Position numbers and translations under genes: made by a program
Shown here: piece after piece, positions 52,387 to 60,800 of the stretch
How positions within the stretch are numbered: the stretch's first letter is position 1
Layout of the letters: the number at the start of each line of letters is the position of its first letter
The notes under the pieces: generated by a model
The model's database searches: none
Seen by the model: the letters and a program-made list of their open reading frames with translations, nothing else
What the model was told of the DNA's origin: nothing
Virus record (IMG/VR): IMGVR_UViG_3300029267_002476
Length of the DNA stretch: 64,000 nt
Direction: 5' to 3' (one strand)
Origin: a virus

Positions 52387-53490
52387 TTAACTGTTTTGGT
52401 ACGGGCTTAACAGCGGTGCAATTGGGTACTTGGCAATCCCTGGATTGATGACTGTAAACTTGTCAAACGTCCCCTCTGGAGGGCAATATATTTTCCCGTT
52501 TGGCGCTAGAACCATGCAATGATGCTTAAAGCTAGTCGATGACAATCCTGATATTGTTGTTGTATCTGCCGTGTCTGTTTCTGGGTCAATTATCAAGATA
52601 TTCGTTGCATCACTTGGGCAACAATAAATCTTTCCGTCTTGGGCCAGAACACTATTGCCGTACTTGTCCGTTCCTGTCAGCCCAGTGATAGAAGTTTCCT
52701 CGGCTGTATCGTCAGAGGTGTCAACTATCAAGACTTTCGTCGAACTTGTCGGTGGGAAATAGATTTTCCCATTATGCGCAAGCGTTCCAGGTGCATACCC
52801 TGAAGATACTCCTGTGATTGTAGTCCAGTCTGCTGTTCCTGCCTCTGGGTCAATTATCAAGACATTAGTTGCGCCACTTGGCGCACAATATATCTTACCA
52901 TTCGGAGCTAAGACGCCGCCATGATACATGTAAGAACCAGTTGGCCCAGTGATAGATGTGTCAATGGTGTTGTTGCTTGTATCAATCACTCCTATGTGAC
53001 CACTAGACGTTTGAACCCATGGCGCACAATATATCTTGCCATTCGGATGCAACGCCCCGCCTTTGTATAGCTCCGATGTAAGTCCAGTAATAGGGGCTAA
53101 CACCTCATGAGTGTCAGGGTTTATTGTCATCACCCTTGTGTCCTGCAATGGGACGCAATAAATCAAACCATTCGGCGCAAGCGCACAATAGACACCCTGC
53201 CATGTATACGGGGCTCCTATTGAGTCTAGTGAAAGCTGTTCATATTCAAGCCCATTATCAGTAATGGTCACCGCGAACGGTTTTTTGTCGGTCGACACTG
53301 AATATTGAACGCAATACAATTTTCCGTTTTGTGCCAAAACTATTCCACTGTTTGCGTTATAGCTCGTTGGCGGAACGGTGATTGTTGTCGCGCTAACAAC
53401 ACACGATGCCAACCTGTTATAAGTTGATAGATTTCTGCCTTCAGCGTTTTCAGTTACCTCAACAGCGTTTCTGTAAACCGTCCCTGGCAT
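52387..53490 (-). CDS. beta-propeller repeat protein, paralog 1 of 3
   Basis: Same NGKIY repeat architecture. The C-terminus LLSPYQNS parallels LLSPYVNNC. Confidence 0.6.
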   Translation of the reverse strand: MPGTVYRNAVEVTENAEGRNLSTYNRLASCVVSATTITVPPTSYNANSGIVLAQNGKLYCVQYSVSTDKKPFAVTITDNGLEYEQLSLDSIGAPYTWQGVYCALAPNGLIYCVPLQDTRVMTINPDTHEVLAPITGLTSELYKGGALHPNGKIYCAPWVQTSSGHIGVIDTSNNTIDTSITGPTGSYMYHGGVLAPNGKIYCAPSGATNVLIIDPEAGTADWTTITGVSSGYAPGTLAHNGKIYFPPTSSTKVLIVDTSDDTAEETSITGLTGTDKYGNSVLAQDGKIYCCPSDATNILIIDPETDTADTTTISGLSSTSFKHHCMVLAPNGKIYCPPEGTFDKFTVINPGIAKYPIAPLLSPYQNS

Positions 53491-53498
53491 GGCGACTC

Positions 53499-56381
53499 CT
53501 AAATGATCGTTTTGACCAGCCGTATTACATTGTAATTCTTAGTTGCAGTCGCTCTTAAGCGTACAAGACCTGAATCAATATCAACCGTGAACGTAAAATC
53601 GTCTGTATCCCCAATAGAGGTTACAGCAGAATCGTCTGATTCGTAAGTATTACCAACGCCATCCCAGTGTGCCCTTACAGTCCCAGAGCGTATGTTCGTT
53701 CCTGCATTCGAAATGAAATACTGGTATTGGACTGCTCCATTGACTGAATCAGAAAACGCATCAAGGGTTGCTGTGGTCGCATTCAGCGAAGTGTGTATCT
53801 TGCCTCCGGCAGTCGAAACACGAACCCAACCCTCCGTCGCCTCGGCATAGACAAAAGTAGCTGCGTCTCCTTTAGTAAGATACGGATCGTAAGCCGAACC
53901 CTCAACGTTGTTTGTGTTTCTGTTTACAGCGACATTATATGTCGAGTCGTAAACCTGAACACCTACAATGTCCCCTTCACTCGGGGATGCTGGCAACGAC
54001 AATGTAACAGTGTTGCTCGCCGCATCGATTAGATAACCGTTACCTGAAGTTGCTGTAGTATTCGAGGTTATCCTCGACCAGGACATCCCACCACCGCCGC
54101 CGCCAGCAAAAGCGAGATTGATCGCGCCAATCAGAGATACTTCCCCGCTGCAATTCGATTCCAAGGACGACCATTCGGCACTCGAATCGGACAAGGTAAT
54201 ATAGGATTGACCCGTCCAAGTGGACCCCGATCGATACTGGTCGTCCAGGCGGATTTTGCACGTAGAGGAGCCCGCTAGGATATAGGCAGATCCGCCGCTT
54301 GCGTCCAATGATAGAACGCCCGGCCCCGTGCTACCGGCAGACGCTTTGATCTCGACTTCTGTCAGACCACCCGTTCCGGACCCGCTAGCCTGGACCAGTA
54401 ATTCAGCCGTTCCATTGTTTGCGCCGGAAGACGTCAACCATAGCTGGCCTGATCCTGACGTGCCAGCGGCCTCGCTCTGAACTCTAAGAATGCTGCTCGT
54501 ATCGGCGACATTCTTCAGATACACACCCAAAGCATTAACCGTAGATCCGATATACAACTCTTTATCCGACCAAACAGACTGCTTCCCCGAGCCCGTGCTG
54601 GTCAAGAATATCGAAGATCCCGACTCGGTCTGGAACGTGTCCAGATCGTTGATTATCCTAAGAGGGCTCCCCGTCGCAGAAACACCTCCGTCAGAGCGAG
54701 TCAGCTCAAGTGTATCCGTGGAATCATTTGCTGCGTTCGTGATCGCTACAGCCCCAGAATCAGCCGTAATCGTCCGACCAACGCCGGACCCACCCTGATC
54801 ATATGCTCCATCCAGCGTGTTCCCACTACCACCAGCAAAAGCGAGATTGATCGCGTTAATCAGGGATACTTCACCACTACAGTTGGACTCTAGCAAATCC
54901 CATTCTGCGCTAGAAGCGGACAACTGGATGAATTCTTGACCTGTCCATGTTGATCCAGCACGGTTGTCGTCATTGAGACGAACGTCACAATCATCACCAC
55001 CGATATTGACAGAAGCCGCCCCGCCACTTGCATAAATATCTACAACACCGGGCCCGGTGCTGCCAGCTGTGGCTCGCATCTCTATCTTGGATTGCCCACC
55101 AGTTCCAGCTCCAGCGGCCTGAAGAAGGAGATAGCCTGTGCTGTTATCCGCTGTTGCACCATTGGCCGTGACCCACATCACAGAATCACCGGTAGTGACT
55201 GCCTCAGCCTGCACCCTTAGCAGAGCACCGCCTGTGGCCTTGTTCTGCACATACATCCCGAGTACCGGCTCGCTAGTACCGATGTAAAGTTCCTGATCAG
55301 ACCATATCGTTTGCGCTGCCGGTGAAGCAGCCGTCAAGAAGATGGACTTCCGGTTCGTAGAATCCGGGTATCCGCCGTAATCATTCTGTAGCTTCAGAAC
55401 GTTGCCTGTCCCGACACTCCTTGACAACTCCAACACGCCTGTTGTGTCAGCAACAGCATTCGTGACCGTTACAGCCCCTGAGTCAGCCGTAATAGCTCGA
55501 CCCGCTCCAGAGCCACCGTAGTCATACGCATCGTCGAGAGTGCCGCCGCCCGACGCCGCAGCCCAAGTATTGTCACCCCTTAGATACGTGGAAGCAGAGG
55601 GCGTCCCTGTGGCGCTCAAATGAGCAACCCCTACAACCCCGCTAGCAATGGACAAGGCTCCGCTTCCCGTAACATCACCCGTGTGCGTAGCGTTCGTAAC
55701 TTTCGCCGTGTTGGCGGCCACGTCAGCTCCAACATTGATCCCGTCAACCGTGCCACCTACTATGATATTTCCGCCTACGGAAAGGTTGCTGCCGTCAAAT
55801 GTTAGGTTCGAGTCGCCCTCGACTGTCCCGTTCCCCGTCCACACCGCAACCTGATCGTTCACAGGAGTCCCTACCTTGGTTACGTCTCCGCCCCCGCCAC
55901 CAGACGCAGATCCAAACAACGGGAGAGCACTCCCGCCAGCCGTCAACTGAGCACCGTTCCACCATATGATGTTGTAGCTGTCATCCACGTAACCAAACGG
56001 GATAATATCTGGAGAAGTATCGATCCCGCTCATGAACGTCTGCCACTCTATGGATTGAGCACCCACCGCCCCTGGGGTCACAGTGAGAGCAAGGACGGAG
56101 TTTGCCGTTAAAGCAGTCGTGCCCACCGGGACCGTGATCGAGACACTATGCGTCCTCGAACGAATGACCAATGGACCGCTCATGCTCAGATTATAACCTG
56201 GGCCACTGGACACAATCGAAGCATTCGGAAGCGACTCAAACATGAGCCTGTTACCGTCAACAGATGAGAAAACAGTGGAATCCACATTGGTTACAAGGTC
56301 TCTGAACACGCCCTGCCATTGCTGCCAATCAGCGTTCCACGCAGGCACAGGCCATCTATATCTGGATGTTTCGTTGGTCAT
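53499..56381 (-). CDS. tail fibre protein with internal tandem duplication
   Basis: 960 aa. It shares the GDVTKVGTP...WTG.GT.EGD...KVTNATHTGDVTG...LRGDNTW cassette with the 2050-aa protein. Two ~238-aa tandem copies each end AINLAFAGG. Confidence 0.65.
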   Translation of the reverse strand: MTNETSRYRWPVPAWNADWQQWQGVFRDLVTNVDSTVFSSVDGNRLMFESLPNASIVSSGPGYNLSMSGPLVIRSRTHSVSITVPVGTTALTANSVLALTVTPGAVGAQSIEWQTFMSGIDTSPDIIPFGYVDDSYNIIWWNGAQLTAGGSALPLFGSASGGGGGDVTKVGTPVNDQVAVWTGNGTVEGDSNLTFDGSNLSVGGNIIVGGTVDGINVGADVAANTAKVTNATHTGDVTGSGALSIASGVVGVAHLSATGTPSASTYLRGDNTWAAASGGGTLDDAYDYGGSGAGRAITADSGAVTVTNAVADTTGVLELSRSVGTGNVLKLQNDYGGYPDSTNRKSIFLTAASPAAQTIWSDQELYIGTSEPVLGMYVQNKATGGALLRVQAEAVTTGDSVMWVTANGATADNSTGYLLLQAAGAGTGGQSKIEMRATAGSTGPGVVDIYASGGAASVNIGGDDCDVRLNDDNRAGSTWTGQEFIQLSASSAEWDLLESNCSGEVSLINAINLAFAGGSGNTLDGAYDQGGSGVGRTITADSGAVAITNAANDSTDTLELTRSDGGVSATGSPLRIINDLDTFQTESGSSIFLTSTGSGKQSVWSDKELYIGSTVNALGVYLKNVADTSSILRVQSEAAGTSGSGQLWLTSSGANNGTAELLVQASGSGTGGLTEVEIKASAGSTGPGVLSLDASGGSAYILAGSSTCKIRLDDQYRSGSTWTGQSYITLSDSSAEWSSLESNCSGEVSLIGAINLAFAGGGGGGMSWSRITSNTTATSGNGYLIDAASNTVTLSLPASPSEGDIVGVQVYDSTYNVAVNRNTNNVEGSAYDPYLTKGDAATFVYAEATEGWVRVSTAGGKIHTSLNATTATLDAFSDSVNGAVQYQYFISNAGTNIRSGTVRAHWDGVGNTYESDDSAVTSIGDTDDFTFTVDIDSGLVRLRATATKNYNVIRLVKTII

Positions 56382-56485
56382 CTTGAACTCCTACGCTCAG
56401 AGCTTGAATCAGCCTTTTTAATTCTATCCGCCTTTGCCGACTCTAGATAGTTTTGTTCGTGACATCTGGGATCTAGCGAAATCAT

Positions 56486-57811
56486 TTAGTTATTCATCAG
56501 CAACAACGATCCGAAAAATGCTGGGGGGTCTACTTGAAGCTCGTAGGCCCCCATGTCACTGTACGCAGGGGTCCCCGTTCCGGTCGTTGTAGTATCAGGA
56601 TCGTCACACCGGGCACGCCCAAGTATGTCCGTAGTAGGATAATCTGTTGCCCCAGCATTACCTGAGTCAACCGCTTCACTAGAGCCCGACAGATCGTAAG
56701 GATCATCTCCGGTGCCCACGAAAAGCGGGTCATCGTTAACATTGCCGGTGCCTGTATAGGTGCCAGTGCCATCTACGTCAGAATACGTTACGGTTATGGT
56801 CCCGGTTCCATCAATCTGGTTAGCCACTGAATTAGCAGTATTGTCCCAGAAGATGCAGTTGGTTGCGACCAGGGTCTCAGTTGAGCCCTCTAGAAACACA
56901 GCGCCCCCGCCGCTTGCATCAGAACAGTCATTATCAGCAAGCGTACAGTTTGTAATGGTAACAGTGGAGTTCCAGCCCAAATATATGGCCCCGCCCTTGG
57001 CGTCCGATGAGCCCCCTGAGAACACAGAATTGATAATATCAGTGTCAGTACCGTAGTAAGTAAAGATGTGCCCCGCACTACTAATAGTCGCAGTATTGTT
57101 GATGAATTTACAATTTTCTATAGTGGTAGTAGTGGCCGTAAGGAGCATTGCGCCCCCCGTGCCATCGGTGGTCGTATTGCCTGTGAATGTGCAGTTGGAG
57201 ATCGTAGCACTTGCCAAGGCATCGTCCGTGAGAGAGGTCGCAAGCGCCCCGCCGTGATTGTAAGAAGTGCATCCCGTGAAAAGACAAGAATCCACGACAA
57301 CATCACACGAAGAGTTGCTGGAGAAAAACAAGCCCGCACCGCCGTCAGGAAACGAAAATTGCCTTGGGGTATCGCAGCCATTGAATTCACAATTGGAAAT
57401 TGTTATCGCGCTTGTCCCTGTCGTCGTGACATATATCCCAGCACCCTCTGTGTCTTGAGTATAACCGTCCAGGAGCTTGAATCCATCAAACGTCCCTTCC
57501 CACCCAGAAGTCAGAACACACCTGTAGGTATCACCACCATCTAAAGTAGTTATATCGTTCGCAAGATCCCGACCCGCAACACTGCCATTCGTTCCTGTCA
57601 AATCAGTAGCAAATCCGCCGTAGAAATCCGGATCATTGGCGTTGTCAACGTCAAGCGGGGCAGTCAGAACTATGACCCTTGCCTTTACCCATACCTGATT
57701 CCCTGTAGACGCAGAAGCGTCCCCGGCAACCTGTAAGGACTCATACGCATCCTCCCAGGATGTTCCATCATTGTCTCCCGATGCCGATGGATCACAAAAG
57801 ATAATAGCCAT
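56486..57811 (-). CDS. right-handed parallel beta-helix repeat protein (possible tailspike/depolymerase)
   Basis: PbH1-like repeats: ISNCEFNGC, CLFTGCTSYNHGGAL, ISNCTFTGNTT, NCKFINNTA, ITNCTLADNDC, NCIFWDN. Confidence 0.6.
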   Translation of the reverse strand: MAIIFCDPSASGDNDGTSWEDAYESLQVAGDASASTGNQVWVKARVIVLTAPLDVDNANDPDFYGGFATDLTGTNGSVAGRDLANDITTLDGGDTYRCVLTSGWEGTFDGFKLLDGYTQDTEGAGIYVTTTGTSAITISNCEFNGCDTPRQFSFPDGGAGLFFSSNSSCDVVVDSCLFTGCTSYNHGGALATSLTDDALASATISNCTFTGNTTTDGTGGAMLLTATTTTIENCKFINNTATISSAGHIFTYYGTDTDIINSVFSGGSSDAKGGAIYLGWNSTVTITNCTLADNDCSDASGGGAVFLEGSTETLVATNCIFWDNTANSVANQIDGTGTITVTYSDVDGTGTYTGTGNVNDDPLFVGTGDDPYDLSGSSEAVDSGNAGATDYPTTDILGRARCDDPDTTTTGTGTPAYSDMGAYELQVDPPAFFGSLLLMNN

Positions 57812-57821
57812 CGATTAACTC

Positions 57822-60800
57822 CTACGTCCATTCGCTCAGGTTTTTTGCTCCAAATGCCAGTGTGTATTCCGTTCCCTCTTTGACGATCATCAGGATGTCT
57901 TTAGCTCCCGCTGTCGTAGAGAAAGTCAACGAAGACCCGTCAGGGGTTAGAATCGTTCCACCAGAAACAGAAGCGCTCGTTATCCCGAAGGATCCCCCTG
58001 TGTTTTGCTCACAGATGAGCCTCCACGTTCCGTCGCCAATGTTCCCCGTGTCCACAATCGTCAATGCGATTGCCGCATTGCCCAACTTGACCTTTTGAAG
58101 CTGCCCGTTGCTCAGCGTGACCGAGAGGGCTGTTCCTGTGACTGTCCCATTGTCGTAGGCTGAGGTGTACCCAAGGGTTTTAACATTCTCTACGCGGTCG
58201 CTGTCGTCAACAGTGATGCCTGTGTCCTGCACACCCTTGGATCCGCCGTCGCCCTTGATCAGCGTGTTGTCTGTCATCGCAGCAGCCGCTGTGACGTCTC
58301 CATCGCTATCGAAATTCACCCAAGCTGAGCCCGTGTATCCCCGGAAATTACTACCATCCCACTCAGTGGCGCCAGCCACATCGGTATTCACCCAGCTAGA
58401 CAGTTTGTGTCCTCCAGCCGTTTGATAAATATCGCCGGAGCCCTGGATGATTAGTGTAGTTGAACCGGCTGCCGTACCCTTTGCAACGGAGAATACGTTA
58501 TCCGTGTTTGCCATCGTAGCTGAGCCAGTGCCGCCATCCGACTTACGGGCCATAAGATGAACACCACCGCGAGAGGAAGTGGTTGTAGTCGTCGAAGGAG
58601 TTTGAACTCTAGCATTGAGATTAACAGCAACCTCGTTGCCCGTTGAAGAGCAACCGGTGAGCTGAACACCACCAAGTGTCCCGCTCCACTTATTGAATGT
58701 ACCGTACGTGTCAGCCTCTTCAGACCCGGTAAACGGATGCGATACATCCGAACTCTTCATGGTCAGGATCTTCAGGTCATTGGTCCCTTGTTGCAAGCAA
58801 AGCCCACCCGGATCACAGTCCGGAGAAGTCTCTCCGCCTGTGGAAATCTGGCCTGTGTCTGTGATGAGAACAGTGCTGCCCTGGACATCCCTTGAACCCC
58901 CGTTGCCTCTAACAATGGAATGATCTGCCACCACCGAGGCCGCAGTTACCGCTGTTCCGCTCACGCCGTCCAGATTGACCCAGCCAGATCCAGTGTAGCC
59001 ACGGAAGTTGCTACCGTTCCACTCCATCACGCCCGCAGCTGCCGTCCCGCCAAATGCTCCGACCTTCACACCGGCAACGGTAATGATGTCGCCAGAGCCG
59101 CGAACAGTAACCTTAACGGTGCTGTTGTTCGCGTAAGTAAGTCCAACATCGGTATCAGCCAGGGCCGCGAGACCAGTGCCTCCGTCAGACTCCCTGACAT
59201 TCAGAGCAATCACGCCTGGATTAGTATCCACTGCGTGTGGCGCCTGAGTAAACGCATCTAGCACTAGACCAGAAGAGTCATTCTCGGCAAACCCGCGAAT
59301 ATGCGCACCGCCCTCAGCGCCAGTGAACTTCCTGATATGGAAATAAGTGTCTGAATTAGCAATAGTGGTAAACGGGTGACTGATGTCAGAGCTTTTCAGC
59401 GTGAAGATATTCCCGTCGCCAGCGCCCTGATCCAGGATGATTCCACCAGGATTCACATCGATTGCGGTGTTGCCGCCAGTAGTAAGAATCGTATTCGCAC
59501 CGAGAGTTAGACGATGGTTCACATCGTCCCAGGTCATATCGGTGTCGCCGCCGAACGATCCACCATTATTGTACTGAATTTGGCCGTCGGATCCACCGGG
59601 AGATGTGGCCGAAGTCTGGGCATCAAGGTTCACCCAAGCAGACCCGGTGTATCCCCTGAAATTCGACCCATCCCACTCTACCGCGCCAGCAGCCGCCATG
59701 GCTTGGTATTCGCCAACCAGAAGACCTCCAGCAAGGAGCTTGAAGTCTCCGTCGCCACTCATTGTGAATTTGTGCGAATATGCCGTTGCTCCAAGAGCGG
59801 TCGTCCAGAAATTAAATCCTGTCCCACTTTGCGTTAGAGACCACGCCTCTTCAGCTCTAGCCGTTACTAAAGCCGCAGTCCTTGCTGTGCTCGCGTCAGC
59901 TTGGCCTACGAAATAGATGTTACCCAGTGCTCCAAGATCAGCCGTAGCAATCGGAGTTCCTACCGTGCCCCTAGAGGAGTGCAATCCAAAAGCAGCCGAG
60001 TAACCAGAGTTACTATAGGCCCTGCAACCCATAAGAGCGTGCGCACCATCCACTGTATTGTGAACTTCGAGATCCCAAGCCGGGTCTGTGACGCCTAGCC
60101 CTACATGATCAGTCGAGTCATTGTAGTAAAGCCTTGAAGCGCCACCGAAAGCACCACCGTTGTTGTATTGAATTTGAGCATCTGAACCACCCGGAGATGT
60201 CGCCGCACCCTGAGTGTCTAGGTTCACCCAGGCCGAGCCTGTGTAGCCCCGGAAATTACTGCCATCCCATTCAATCGCACCAGCTACATCTGCGTTGACC
60301 CAACTAGAGAGCTTGTAACCACCGGCTATCTGATAGATGTCACCAGAGCCCTGCATGATCCATCTCGTGGCGCTGCCACCGGAGGACAAAGCAAACATGT
60401 TATCCGTGTTGCCTAGGTTCGCTGTGCCTGTGCCGCCGTCACTTTTCCGAGAATATATATGGACGTTTCCCCACGAGCTGGCCGTGGTAGTGGTTTGAGG
60501 AGCAGCCCCTTGAGCGCTAAGACCGATTGCAGGGTTTCCACCTGTCTCGGTTAACCCGACTATAGCCAGCCCGCCCACTGTTGGATTCCAACATGAAAGT
60601 GCACCAAAGGTATCCGCATCATCGGCGCTTGTGAATGGGTGTGAGACCCCTGAATTCTTCAGGGTCACTGTCCTACCAGTCTCTGCGCCCTGATTCAGCG
60701 TTATCCCGCCAGGGGAACAATCCGGAGCAGCCTCAGCCCCAGTAGACAACCTACCGTCTCCAGTGATCAGGAATCTCTCAACTGTGTAATCCCCAACCGT

